A DNA stretch of 64,000 nucleotides from contig NC_068999.1 of the NCBI RefSeq assembly GCF_001194135.2, forward strand, positions 82,219 through 146,218, in the 5' to 3' direction. Below are positions 38,071 through 51,797 of the stretch, piece by piece. Source of the stretch: Octopus bimaculoides (taxonomy: Eukaryota). The number at the start of each line of letters is the position of its first letter. Position 1 is the first letter of the stretch. The notes under the pieces are model-generated. The model was not told the DNA's origin, made no database searches, and saw only the letters and a program-made list of their open reading frames with translations. A program made the position numbers and the translations under genes.

Positions 38071-38923
38071 GTGGTTATTATGAGTATTGTGTTATTGCAT
38101 AAGGTGTATCGAGGTATAAGGACCGCAGTGGGGTCTGAAAATGTGTCTGGTGGTATTAACTGGTGGTGCAATACTCTGACAGTTGGTTGCGCTGCTCTGA
38201 TTGATATCATACTTTAAGGACTGTTTGCGACTTTACTGCTAAAGAAAACGTCCAGACTTGTAGGAGATGTTTCTCCTTATCTCATCAATGTGCTTTGGAG
38301 AAGTGTGAATCTTACCTTGACTCTATTATTCCTCATTCAGAGCAGGGTAGAAGGTAGAAGCGATAGGATTCATGAGAAAATCCTATGCACTATCTAGTAC
38401 AATGTTCAAACCCCGGCTTTGTCGTTTTTGCTCTTCGTTCCTTCGTGTACGGTAAATAATTACCATGCATAGTCACAGTTATCGTGTATGGGCTCTCACA
38501 CTCAAACAAGCAAATAAAAAATAAGATGGAGGAAAAACAGGAGGAAATGGTGGAGGGGCCTTGCACTTTAGGCTTGAAGAATGCCAGTTAAGATTGCTGA
38601 AACTACATATCATAATCTCTAAACGAAGATTGGAGGTGGAAGGGAGAAACGAAAAGTGCAGGTAAGCTGATATGTTGGGTTTGGAATATATACGCTACAA
38701 TTCGATGTCGAGCAATGCTATCGTTTGATTGCCCTTTTAAAGCAGTTTGGGTGTGTCTTTTCAGTCCTGCTAAGAACCCATACTTTTTTGCACAGATGTA
38801 ATAACGACGGGCGCCTCTTGGAGTAGGTGTTCAGAGAACTTTGCAGCCACGCCGACACGTGCCTTCATTTCATCGGCTATGACCAGACATAGTATGCAAC
38901 GCCCAACAGAGATGTTAAAAATC

Positions 38924-38986
38924 GTGCAATGCTTGTGCCTGAAGCTTTTTAAAGTGCAGAAAGGTTCAGGCACAAGACCATTGCAC
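38924..38986. ncRNA. 63-nt pre-miRNA-like hairpin (candidate only)
   Basis: 24 Watson-Crick pairs, one 2-nt bulge, one G-G mismatch and an 11-nt loop; no expression evidence. Confidence 0.25.
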
Positions 38987-39115
38987 TCCCTAAACAATGT
39001 GTCTATTTGCCCAATTAGAATTTGTCTATATAACTGGATGCAAAAGAAACTGCGTGTATTACATTAAAATTTTCCTTCTCTTCGAGTGATATCTAAACCA
39101 AGATGCAGCATCTCC

Positions 39116-39250
39116 GTCCTCGTATATGCCCCTCTCCGCTTAGTCTCCTCTGTTCTTCTATGATGTGTATCTTTATAAGGACATACATATAAGGATACAT
39201 ACCATAGAAGAGTGGAACAGACTAAGGGTAGCAGGAGCAAACACGAGGAC
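39116..39250. repeat. Decayed ~135 bp palindrome (~62-bp arms, ~10-nt loop)
   Basis: Blocks gtcctcgt, cttagtct, tcttctatg and tgtatc recur in inverted order. Confidence 0.7.
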
Positions 39251-39394
39251 AGAAAGTGTCGCCGAAGAGGTCACAGGTGTGAGGAGAAGAATTTCCGGAC
39301 GATGGACATCAGTTAAAATAAGAACACTTATAAACGAGAGAGAAACGAATGTATAGTGCGTGTGTTTATCTGTCCCCGCCACCAATAACCAATA

Positions 39395-39520
39395 GGTGCA
39401 AGCGTGGCTGTGTGATGAGAAACTTGGTTCCCAACCACATGGTTGCTGTTCAGACCCACTGCATGGCACCTTGTGAGTAAATTTGGTAGACGGAAACTGA
39501 AAGAAGCCCGTCGTGTATAA
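39395..39520 (+). mobile_element. SINE family B head with CORE part deleted
   Basis: gcgtggctgtgtg...ggcaccttgtgag..tttggtagacggaaactgaaagaagcccgtcg. Confidence 0.8.
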
Positions 39521-39574
<54 letters not shown>

Positions 39575-40299
39575 GCGTGTATACAAGCATAAAATTTCCG
39601 TTTATTAACCAAGAAACGATAAATAACGGAACTCAGTTCAAATACAAACCTGTTTCTGTATTCCCATATACAAATATATACACGTAAAACATGTATATTT
39701 AAGCTCTTCTTTTGTGTGTCTCTCTCTATACACACACACACACATATATATACATACACACANNNNNNNNNNNNNNNNNNNNNNNNNTATATATATATAT
39801 ATATACCAGTGAACACATGTACAATAAATTTGATTCTACTACAGCAAAGTATTGAGTCTTTTCATCATTAATTATTTTGCTATTGTTTATGGCTTTATAA
39901 TTGAGCGAGGGACCTTAACATTAGCAACGCTTAGGAAAGATAGATGTTGGCTGAGATGAAACGAGAGCAATAAAAACCGAACGACAAATACATTTTGGTA
40001 AATAGCTTGGGAAATTGAAAGAAAGCTATGGAGAGTGAGGAAGAGAGAAGAGAGAGAGAGAAAGAGTGAGAGAGAGGGTAAGAGATAAAGAAAGAGGGGG
40101 GGAAGAGAGAGAAGAAGGGTGCAGATCAGTGAGGCACCAAAAGTCTTGCCAAACACATTTAAAAACAGTTTATTTTTGTTGTCTTGAAATGAACTTGTCA
40201 GTCAGACTTGACTTGTAAAAATTAGTCTATAGGTGGGTGGTGGGTGGTTCTCAGTTGTGTTGGTGGTGGTGGTAGGGTGATATTTGTAGTGATGTGGTG

Positions 40300-40515
40300 T
40301 GGTGGAAGCAGAAATGTTAGCACGCCGGGCGAAATGCTTAGCGATATTTCGTCTGCCGTTACATTCTGAGTTCAAATTCCACCGAGGTCGACTTTGCTTT
40401 TCATCCTTTTGGGATCGATAAATAAAGTACCAGTTACGCACTGGGGTCGATGTAATCGACTGAAACCCTTTGTCTGTCCTTGTTTGCCCCCTCTATGTTT
40501 AGCTCCGTGTGGGCA
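40300..40515 (+). mobile_element. SINE family A, full length
   Basis: gcagaaatgttagcacgccgggcg...ctgagttcaaattccaccgaggtcgactttgcttttcatcc...gataaataaagtaccag. Confidence 0.9.
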
Positions 40516-40547
40516 ATAAAGAAAAAGGAAAGTGAAAGGAGCCCGTC

Positions 40548-40587
<40 letters not shown>

Positions 40588-40699
40588 AATTTAAAAAAGG
40601 AAAATACACACACATTACATAGTTTTAATATTATTTATAATATATCGACCGGTTTCGCTTTCGCTATTTACCTTATGCCACCCGAAATTACATCAAAAT

Positions 40700-41500
40700 A
40701 AATATCCCTTTCAATTTGGCAAAAAGGATTTGCAGAATAGTGTCTAATAGAACTCGGGACCTTCGTCTTCAAGACCTCAAAACAACGCTTACTGAAAGAC
40801 AATATCCACCCTCACTTATAGACGAGGGAATTTACACGTGCCAAAAAATTAGACATAAAAACACCAAGAAAAACAAAACATAACACCACACCTCATCTCA
40901 TCTCAAACACACTACTATTTATATCAACACACAACCCCAGAAACAGTGAGGCATTCAACATTATTGCGCAAAATCTGCCTTTACTAACTAGAGATCCAAT
41001 AACGAACGACATCCTGAAAACGCACAAACTCATCAAATGTAAAAAGCAACAAAAGAGACCATTAACAAATGTGAAGCTCTACAAAACCACCACGAAACCA
41101 ACAGTTAAAAAATGTAGACGCTCAAACTGTGGAATCAACCCCATCTTACTTGAAGGCTCGAATTTCCTTTTCAAACAAGGACAGAGGTTCACAATTAAAC
41201 CTGGTTTCACATGTGCCTCTGAGAAATTATTTTATGCAATAACCTGCTCGGGTTACGGACATAACTATATTGGAGAGATGAGTATGACCTTGAGAAGGAA
41301 AACCACTCTATATAAAGAGCAAATCCGTTTCCCGCAACACAGGCAAATTCCTCTCAGTGAATATATAGAAAAATGTACAGATAACATCAAATCAAATTTC
41401 AGTCTTCCACTTCTACTGGTGCATAGACACAATCTCTCCACAAGAACGTTTAAGTAAAGAAACTTTTTTCATTGAAAAATACAGAATACGTCTTTGTATT
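40700..41500 (+). mobile_element. Penelope-like element: RT thumb, Cys-rich linker and GIY-YIG endonuclease (frameshifted)
   Basis: NIPFNLAKRICRIVSNRTRDLRLQDLKTTLTERQYPPSLIDEGI, then (ORF 41071-41457) KKCRRSNCGINP...FTCASEKLFYAITCSGYGHNYIGEMSMTLRRKT...PLSEYIEKC. Confidence 0.9.
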
Positions 41501-42595
41501 AATAAATCACCTTTGATTGTTTTTCTTAATATTATGGCGATGAGGATTAACTCTGGTTCCCTCACCCCATATTGTTCATGAATTTAGAGAGTTTAGATCT
41601 GCGATACTATCATTTCATCTCCCATCGTAGATGGGCAGATTTGCTATCTTGTCTGCCCCTCTCCCTCGTCTGTCCGTCTCTTTGTCTATTCCCTCTTCAC
41701 GGCCAAAACTATTAAGAAATTTCAAAACATCCAATTCTTTTAACTTAAATAAAGTAAAGTAAGTAAGATACACACTAAAACTAACAGCAAGAGCAAAAGT
41801 GATGTGAAAAAAATTTAAGTAAAACCATTTACCATCCATGGATAAAGTTGAAATTTTAGTTATTACAGACAGGTAGATTATACATTAAGGTGAGAGATAA
41901 AAAATATGCACGACTATCTTTTAGAAAGTCACCTAGATTTCCGATTGTGTTGAGATAAGGCAGCTTGTGGCATATCATACCATGGTGGACTATTGCAAAG
42001 TCGAGATACGTCCACATTTGAGTTGTTGAGCAGCTGCTTTAACATTCAGTCGTAATGCTACAAGAGTTGTGTCAAGCAGCTTCAAGCTGGTCAAAAGCTA
42101 TATAATCATATAAAATTTTAAGTAAATATATTTAAATGCACATTTATAATATACACGTTTATAGTTATAATATATACATTCAAAATAACTATATAGGTAT
42201 GAGAACGCACGCACACCCACACACACATATTCAAGCACACACACACATATTCAAGCACACACACACACACATACACAAAACAGAAACACGCGCGCATAAT
42301 ATAATTGAGTGTATTGTCAAAATCATTCGAGCGTCGGACAAGCTGATAGTTTTGAGTTCAAATCTTACCGAGATCAACAATGCTTTTCGTCACATCGGTT
42401 CCGATAAAAGTACCTGGTAGGTACCAGAGCATTCCACATCGACTACCGATTTATGCCAAAGACACAGTGATGTTTAGACTCTTGCCCTATGTTGGGACAA
42501 TGGCATTGGCTGGAGTGGTACAACGGCTAGAATATTACGAAGATGCGAGTGACTACACACATACATACATGCGCCGCGCACACACACACATACTC

Positions 42596-42626
<31 letters not shown>

Positions 42627-43744
42627 CATATAGGTACATACATACATACCTATATATATATAACTATATATTAGTCACTCGCATATGTTAACGTTTTTTG
42701 ATACCGCGACAGACAATCGACCCCAGTTCAAACGGAGAACACAAAGGAAATGGATATATATACACACGGACACACGACACACACACACATGCATACACAT
42801 ATATGGATACACACTTTTATACATAAGTGCATGTGTATTTATATATGTGTGTGTGAATATATATATATGTACGTATATATATATATAATTATTTATGATA
42901 TATATACATATATATATATCTATATATATGTATATATATATGTATATATATATATATGAAAATATGAAATTATTTATGGTAATAAAATTATGTACACACA
43001 TACAACTATGTACAATTACAATGACAAATACACGCACAACGATNNNNNNNNNNNNNNNNNNNNNNNNNNNNNNNNNNNNNNNNNNNNNNNNNNNNNNNNN
43101 NNNNNNNNNNNNNNNNNNNNNNNNNNNNNNNNNNNNNNNNNNNNNNNNNNNNNNNNNNNNNNNNNNNNNNNNNNNNNNNNNNNNNNNNNNNNNNNNNNNN
43201 NNNNNNNNNNNNNNNNNNNNNNNNNNNNNNNNNNNNNNNNNNNNNNNNNNNNNNNNNNNNNNNNNNNNNNNNNNNNNNNNNNNNNNNNNNNNNNNNNNNN
43301 NNNNNNNNNNNNNNNNNNNNNNNNNNNNNNNNNNNNNNNNNNNNNNNNNNNNNNNNNNNNNNNNNNNNNNNNNNNNNNNNNNNNNNNNNNNNNNNNNNNN
43401 NNNNNNNNNNNNNNNNNATATATATATATATATATATATACATATATATGGAGAGAGAAAGAGAGAGAGAGACGTGTATGAGTGTGTAAGTGTGTGTGTG
43501 TATACGTGCGCTGTGTTTAAATACAAGTGTGTGTCTACGAATCTGAATGCATTGTATATTGAAATACTTAAAAGGGTAAATACGCACATTTCATGTGTAT
43601 ATATAAATATACGAATATAAATGTTTATCGGTATAAACGTGTATCCATCCATCCATCCATCCATCCACCCATCCACCCATCCATCCACCCATCTGTCTAC
43701 CTTTCTATCTACCTGTTTGCCTTTCTCCCTGCTGCTGTAGGCGA

Positions 43745-44005
43745 GAACGTGTGGATAGGCGTGGGTGGAAGAAGCTTGCTTCCCAAACACATGACACCAT
43801 GTTCAGTTCCACTGCGTGGCACCTTGAAAAAGTGCCTTTTATTATAGACTTGGGCCAACCAAAGCCTTAAAACCGAATGAAGCCCGTCCTATATATGTGT
43901 GTCTGTGTTTCAGTTAGTGTTGCTTGTTCCCCTCCATAACTTGACAACCGATGTTGGTATGTTTACGTCACCGTAATATAGCGGTTCGGTATAAGTTACC
44001 GATGT
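43745..44005 (+). mobile_element. SINE family B, internally deleted
   Basis: Head, CORE-like part, internal TG tract and ttgacaaccgatgttggtatgtttacgtc. Confidence 0.8.
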
Positions 44006-44019
44006 GGTCTCTCATCGTT

Positions 44020-44230
44020 ACTATTAACTTGCTGAGTTTGGAGGTTCCAAGTCCCAAATAGTAGAGGTTTCTCTTTTGTTCGGCTGCAGATGGTATGAGG
44101 AGACAGGCGCGGCTGGAAATGAAGACTAGCGGTGCTTGAGTCACCTTTTCAAAACCCTTCCACTTGTAAAGTAGGCAGCCTTGTTCCAACACAGCCCCTA
44201 GGGGCTTGTTCGTAATCCTCGGATCACATA
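44020..44230 (-). mobile_element. Possible RTE/APE-type LINE 5' end (UTR plus start of endonuclease)
   Basis: Minus-strand frame gives PLLFGTWNLQT, resembling the GTWNVRT N-terminal APE motif; short. Confidence 0.4.
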
Positions 44231-44934
44231 CCACCGGCCATCTTATTAATCATAAACTTATATTAAAATAGCAACACCACATATAATAAGGAACATACTA
44301 ATCACGATCTCATAGGTAGAAATAAGGGCATCAGACCTTTGGATTTCTAGTATTTTACCGCAGCAAATGTTGATTATTATGGATGTAATACAAATAGCAG
44401 CAACAATAACAACATTAATAATGTTCATACTGAAGGTAGAAACCCTGTTGACAATAGTAATCTAATTAGACGTAAAATAGCTCAAATAGAGATGATAATA
44501 TGGAAACCATTAATTGTATTAATAATTGCAAGCATAATAATAAAGGCCAAACTATATTAATACTAAGATAGCAATGAAGCCTGGATATGGAAATCTCAAA
44601 TATCAAACTAATGAATCTGTAACAAATACCACGCACTTTACCTATAATGCCGCTCGAGTTAATGCAAAACAGAAATAAATTTAGAGACGATTACGTAAGA
44701 GAAATGCGATCTGTTTTTATCTATAATTTTTATATTCTTTTTTATATATATTAATGTATTTTATATTCTTTGTATATGCATATGCGTGTTTGGTGGTTAT
44801 TATTGAGTTTAACACACACACAAAGAAGCGTAGTTGACTGTTTTGCATTGGATCCATGTTTGGATAAAATGAAAGTGGATATAAAACAATTGACAAGTGG
44901 GAAAGCTCTAGGAGAAGAAGGTATTCATTGAAAA

Positions 44935-45560
44935 AATTTAAATATGGCAGAAATACATTGATCAATAGATTGACAGCGCTTATAATCCAAATGTGGCAAA
45001 CAGGAACTATCCCTCAATAATTTAAGGCTGCATCCGTTGTCCGTCTACATAAGGTAATAAAGGTGAATGCGACAATTGTCATGGCATGTCGCTGCACTCT
45101 ACTGGAGAAAAAAATTTAATCTATTACAGTCGCCTGAAACAAAATTAACATCGACTTAATCGGTTTCGTCTGTCCAGAGATTCAGCGTGAATTTAGGTCA
45201 GGTCGAGGAACAATGAATTCGACATTCAGTTCAGGAGAAGGCCCGGGAGCCTAATAAAAAAACCTCTATGTGTTGATCTTACAAAATCCTTTGACTGTCC
45301 GTCCGCAGGCTTTGTGGAGAGTAATAGCAAAGCTCAGGATTCCTGAGCAGATACTAAATGCCATAGAGTCCCTACATAAAGATATGAAGGCATCCGTTCG
45401 CTCAAATGGCAATCAGACTCAGCCTTAAAAATGGTGCAAAACAAGGTTGTGATTTGGTACCAGTATCATTTGCACTATTTTTTTTTTACAATAATGCTTG
45501 ATTGTGCCTTTTCTGATGTAGAAAAGGGTGTGTTTCTTGAATATAGGACAACAAGTGGTT
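44935..45560 (+). mobile_element. RTE-clade reverse transcriptase fragment (multiple frameshifts)
   Basis: KYGRNTLINRLTALIIQMWQTGTIPQ*FK...EIQREFRSGRGT...DLTKSFD...ALWRVIAKLRIPEQ...NGAKQGCDLVPVSFALFF. Confidence 0.85.
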
Positions 45561-46040
45561 TTGGTAGCCAGAGAACTCACACGAGGAGTCACCAGACGAA
45601 CTGCATGAATTGTAGATATTTGTGAATGGTAGCAATAATAATGTATGTTGTTGTCCGCTTAGATTTTTTTTCCTGTCTTCTCACTGAACACTTATACGTC
45701 GTTTTCCACAGGATAGTCCATCATACATACATACAAAAATATATGCATGCATACATATATATACATATGTGTGTATATATATTTATATATACGTAGATAT
45801 GTCTATATATACATGTGCACATCTATCTATCTATCTATCCATCTACATATATACATATATTTGTGTATGCGTCTGCGTGCATAGACATATGAATCGCACA
45901 CAGACACAAGCACCCCACCTCCACACACACACACACACATTTCAGTTGTTTAGAGATTTATTGAAAGTTTTTTTTTTTACATCAGTTACATAGAAAAAAC
46001 AAAAAATCCAGACTTCGGAAACCAATTCATCGATTTTTGT

Positions 46041-46105
<65 letters not shown>

Positions 46106-46249
46106 TGCCCCCCTATTTTCCGCTAATTCTTTCCCCTTATCTATGTCCTCTCTTGCACTCCATTTCGCACTCTTTTCTTCTCTAAAAAATGTTATTTTAA
46201 CCCTCTCTTATGTCTCCTTTGTATTCTATATTTTGCTTACACATTTAAA

Positions 46250-47830
46250 TATGTTATTTTGCATAATATATTTCACCTATTTGCTATTTTTTGATGTGGA
46301 AGATATTTTTTCTGCATAAGATTTATTTATATCTATGCGATATTCGTTTTCTATATGATACGATACTTTTTTTACTATATAATATTCTTATGTCTGTATG
46401 ATATTTTTCTTTCTGGGTGCTGAGTTTTTATCGTAAAATATTCTTTTTTTCATTCTCTATGCTTTTATCTCCCTTATGATCTTTTTATGTATCGTATACA
46501 TTTATTGCATGATATTCCTTTATCATCTGTATGACACACTCACACACACTGGTGATCGTTTATTTGTTTTTTATATGACATTTTTTTCCATATAATATAC
46601 TTTTATTGTAGGAAATTCATTTTTAGCTCGATATTCTATTTTTGTGTATACACACATATGTGTGTGTGTGTGTAAATATATATATATATATATATATACA
46701 TACACAGACGTATACATACGTATATGTCTATATATCTATCTGCCCCCCCCCCGCCCACATATGTATAATGATATATGTTTCTTCCATGAAAACTTTTTTC
46801 TGTATAATATATCTGCTATGCTCTATGATATATTTTCTGTATGGCGCACAATCGTTGCATGATATTTTTCTCCTATAAGATATCTTTTTCTGTATGATAT
46901 GGTATTTTGTTTTTTTTGAATTATGATATTCTCATCTCAATGAACTTTTATCAGATGATAATGTTATGATATGTCTATCCTGTGTGATATCGTTCTATGT
47001 ATGTATGTATGCATGTATGTATGTATGTGTGTGTGTATATATGTATATGTATGTATGTATGTTTATCTGTTTTGGGCATGATTTATTTTATTGCATGATG
47101 GTACTTTTGTGCTTAATATTCCAATTTTGCATGTCCTTATCATCATCAACATTATTATTATAATTTTTTCGTGCGCGCGCGCACGCACACACACACACAC
47201 ACACACATTTTCCCCCCTAATATATCTCATTTGGTTTTATATTCATTTTCTATATGACACTTTTTACTTTACAGAAGATATTTATGGCACACACACACAC
47301 ATACTCTATGATACACACACACACACATAGTCACAAACGTACACACACACAACTTTACACAAGCATGCGCGCACGCACACACACACACAGACAGACACAC
47401 ATACACTCAAACACATATTACCATATAATATTAAGTATTTTTTTCGACAAGATATTCTCTCATTTCTATAATAAATTATTCTATATATAAATGTATATGT
47501 AGAATATTCTATATATAAATATATATATATTTTCTATATATTTCATTTCCAACACTGTATATTATATTTTTTACCCTATAATATTTTTTACCTAACAATA
47601 TATTTTTTTCTTTACAACTTTATTTTTCACATGTGATATCCCTCTTCCGTATGATCTATCATTTTCTAAATGCTATTTAATTATTAAATTCTCCGCATGA
47701 ATTTCTTTACTCTCCGACGATATTTAGTTTCTGCATGAAATATCTTTGCTCTCTGATATTCACTTTCCTACGCCTAATATATTTTTTATGTTTAACATTT
47801 CAATTTTTTATCACATATAATTTAAACTTA
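46250..47830. repeat. Long T-rich degenerate repeat tract (ctgtatgatattttt-like units) interrupted by CA/TA microsatellites
   Basis: tatgatat.ttt motifs recur many times on one strand. Confidence 0.5.
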
Positions 47831-47940
47831 CCAATATCCATTTTTCCCTATGATATATCTATTCTTAGATAAATCTACTCTCTTTCTGTATACACGTGTG
47901 TACGTACAGGTAAGCACACATACACACACACACACACACA

Positions 47941-48026
<86 letters not shown>

Positions 48027-48334
48027 ATATTGTGTATATATGTGTATATAAATTCTTTCTCCCTGCCTCCGTATCTATCTACATATATATATATATATGC
48101 ATCTTAAAACTGTTTCCCGTACTTATAGACTACACCGAAACATTTTTAAAAAATTTCTAAACGACATTATTTCCTTTCTAATATGTCTTTTATGATATGC
48201 TTCATGTGATAAGTCTCTTCCATATAATATAATTTCCCGGTATCATATTTTTCTGTACTGAAAAAAAAAAGACAATATACAAAAACAAAGCAAAACACAA
48301 TATCTCTCTCTCTCTCTCTCTCTCNNNNNNNNNN

Positions 48335-48377
<43 letters not shown>

Positions 48378-50229
48378 CTATATCGACTTTTCTTTTTTTC
48401 CTTCATATTCTCTTCTTCCGTTTTGTTTTCTGCTTATTTCATTCGCTTTCCGTTCTATTTAATCATTTTTTTATAGTACTACTTTTTGAATCTTCCCATA
48501 ACGAAAACTTGTTTGCAATTATTCATCGTCGTAATTATTGAATCCGAAATTTAATTGGCTTATGGGAAAAAGAAATGTTTAATTGGATTAGGTGGGAAAT
48601 TAAAGATTATAATTATATTATCTAAAAATGCAGTCATTATTAATTACAGGCTAATAAACTTGGTTTATTTAGCAGATATTTTTTTTGCTTCTTCCCCCAA
48701 TTATTTGAACATTTTTTCCTTTCAGTTTCAATTTTATTGTTTTTAAAATATTTTTTGTTCTGTTAGTGGGTGTCAGCCAATGTTGCTTCTTAGTAATGGT
48801 GGTTTTCGTAGTGGTATTATTAGTGGTACAAGTGTCGGTGTTGTTGGCGCTGTTGTCATGTTAATGTTTCTGCTCGTATCAGTATTGTAGTGTCAATGCA
48901 AGTGGTGTTAATATTGTGGTTTGGATTAGAGTTGGTGTTGCGGTAGTGTTAATGTTGCCATTGTGTTCATGTTAGTATTGGCTGATGTTGGTTTTAGTGG
49001 TGGTGCTGTAGTGGTGTTGTGTTGTACTGGTGTTGTGTGGGCATTGCCCAAGATTTGACGCTAAACGGTATCCGGTGAGGTGGTCCAGTTCGCGAGGTCT
49101 GGAGTCGTTGGAAGCGTGGAGTCGCACCTTAGTTACCATTACTCCTAGCTCCGCCCTGATCCGGAACAATAATACTTGTCAGGTCTCATTTATGGATTAG
49201 ATTAATTTTTTAGGGGTAGATTGAGATCCTTAGCTATGATGAAAGTAACCAATCTAAGAGAAGGGAAGCTTCAAAATTAATTCCTCTCTTCCAGCAAGCC
49301 TTAAGCCAGTACAGAAGAGAATGGCTAATGAAACTAGCATCAAGTTAGTCTAATAACATAGATTCATACTACAGAGTCAACGATCTCATGCTGGAGCGCA
49401 TTTTGCCGCAGGCGAAGGTAGCGGCAGAAGAATGTGTTGCCGCTGGTGTTAGTAGTGGTGTTGTGTTGATGTTATTGTTGGTGTTGTGATGGTGTAGTGG
49501 TGGTGCTGGTATTGGTATTGGCGTTAGTGTTGTTGTTGGTGGTTGTTTTGTGCTTGTGTGTAGGATTATGTTAATATAGATAATGTACAGAAACTAGTTC
49601 TGCTGGAACCATTCTTATTGCTCATCTCTACGCTGATGTTATATCCAATTATCCAATGAGTGATTTCAGGGAAATGTGACTGTTATCTTTGGAAAGCAAG
49701 CATCTACACCACATAACCACCTAAGCCTGGTTGTTGTTGTTTAACCCTAGGTAAGTCCTGACCTAGCATTTCTTTGATCAAAGGCTTCCTACTCTTTGTT
49801 CTCTTTATCCTCTTTATTCTATGAACAGGGAAGGATCCAAGGTTCCATGTTATTGGATGTGTCCTATATATTGAAAAGGACAGTTCAGTGTCATTTGAGG
49901 GTAATTTGACTGTTTTTCTTGCAAATCGAGAAATAAAGACTCCTTCACTGGCTCGGTGGGGGTGAGGATGTTAATGAATGGAACGAAGTTGCTGTTGACG
50001 CCATTCTTTGAGCTGTTTGCAGAGGAAGATTTGTAATGCGCGCGCGCGCGGGGGTCTGTAATGTTTTGAGAAGTAATAAAATTAAATAGGCCATTTGTCG
50101 ATGGGAGTAGTAGGAGGAGGTATGAGTAAAAGAATCCAGAGAAAGAGAGAGGGGAAAGAGAGAGAGAGAGAGAATGAGAAGGACAAAGGTAAAAGGGAGA
50201 GAGAGAAAGATAGAGCTCTAGAGACAGAG

Positions 50230-50260
<31 letters not shown>

Positions 50261-50574
50261 CATATATGGATAGTGAGAGAGATAATGAGATTGATAGAAA
50301 AAGAGAAAAGAGAAAGAGACAAAAACGGATATTGAGAGAGAGAGAGAGAGAGAGGAGGAGAGAAGCAGAACATTAAATCTTTTTTCTCTCTCTCTTCCTC
50401 TGTTCTCCTCCTCCTCCTCCTTACTCTTCTCCTCTTCTAATTCAATAAAATGAAATGGAAAAATCAAACTCAGCCTCGTTAATTATTATCCCTCCCCACT
50501 CCCATCACTCATTAAATATATATAATGTAATTAGCAATGCAAACAGTATAACAACAACAACAACAGTAACAGCA

Positions 50575-50631
50575 ATTGCAACTGGAGTAAACAACTGAAT
50601 AATCAACCATAAAAAAATCACCACCACCACC

Positions 50632-50666
<35 letters not shown>

Positions 50667-50835
50667 CTCCGTCATAACCAAAACCGCCACGGCCAAAACC
50701 ACCATTACCATCATCACTGCGACCACTAACACCATCACGACGATGACCACCACCACATCCACTTCCACCACTACTACCTTCACAACCATCACTTCCCAAA
50801 CCACCACCACTCTCACTACCACCATCACTGTCACC
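50575..50835. repeat. (CCA)n/(CTA)n low-complexity tract
   Basis: Directly visible. Confidence 0.85.
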
Positions 50836-51569
50836 TTCGTTTCATGTGTACATTTCTTAAATTAAAATGTCTTAGTGGAATCAGTAACAAGCAATGAAAC
50901 GGGACGACACAGTTTGACATTGTCAAATTCTATCCTTAGAACTAAACTTTTTTCTTCAGAAACATGTGACTTTCTTCGACAGCTCTCTACTAATTAGACT
51001 GATCGCCATAAACGCAAGGAACTCTCGTTTTGCTTCTACGATTAACCAATCTGAATTAAGAAAGAAATAAGAAATTGATTTAGGTTTTTATGGGTTTTTA
51101 CAATGCAGTGGAATTGCGTATAATTATTGAAATGTATATTTTTTGGACGTTTTTGGATAAAATATTTCCTACCTTAAAAGGAATTCTCCACAGAGACGGG
51201 AGGAGTGTGAACGTTCCTGAACTAATTGGATTTATAAAAGCTCCCACAAAATTATTCAACGACGTTGTTTTAATACAGCCGATATTAATCACAGCCTGGT
51301 TAATTTTCTGCATATTAACTTTAAATTAGATTCAGATAAATTCACTCACTCCTAACCTAAAAACTGATGAAAAACTATTATATATATATATACGTACACT
51401 TATATATATACTTATGTGTATGTGCGCGCGCGTGTTTACGTATGTATGCATCACCTCCCAACTGTTCCACGGGATAAATTTAGTTGATATTAGTAGTAGT
51501 AATAGTAGAAGCTTATCTTTAGGTCAAGCCAACTTCATCAGTGCTCTTCATTACTATGAGAGAGCCTTT

Positions 51570-51797
51570 AAGGTGGTGAGTGGCAGAATAGTCAGCGCGC
51601 CGGAAGTGATGCATAGCGGCAATTCTTTTAGATATTTACGTTCTGACATCAAATTGTACCGAAACAATTTTGACATTCATCCTCTTAGTAGTCGATAAAA
51701 TAAAATACCAGTTCCGCAGTGGGGTCGATATAATCAACTTGTCCCCTCTTCTTAAAACCGCTAGCCTTGTGGCAAAATTTGAAGCAATTATTAAGAT
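51570..51797 (+). mobile_element. SINE family A, diverged full-length copy
   Basis: ggtggtgagtggcagaatagtcagcgcgccgg...gtcgataaaataaaataccag...ggggtcgatataatcaact...gcaattatt. Confidence 0.8.

Noticed and set aside
40640-40680. Minus-strand GC-GAAA-GC GAAACCGGTC, resembling the 3' half of a hammerhead just upstream of the Penelope ORF
   Set aside because: No recognisable CUGANGA core and no stem I pairing; possibly a decayed relic but not supportable.
49030-49170. GC-rich segment with ctcgcg on the minus strand as an HDV-like ribozyme at an RTE 5' end
   Set aside because: I could not build P1/P1.1/P2/P4 pairing by eye; it would need an RNArobo search.
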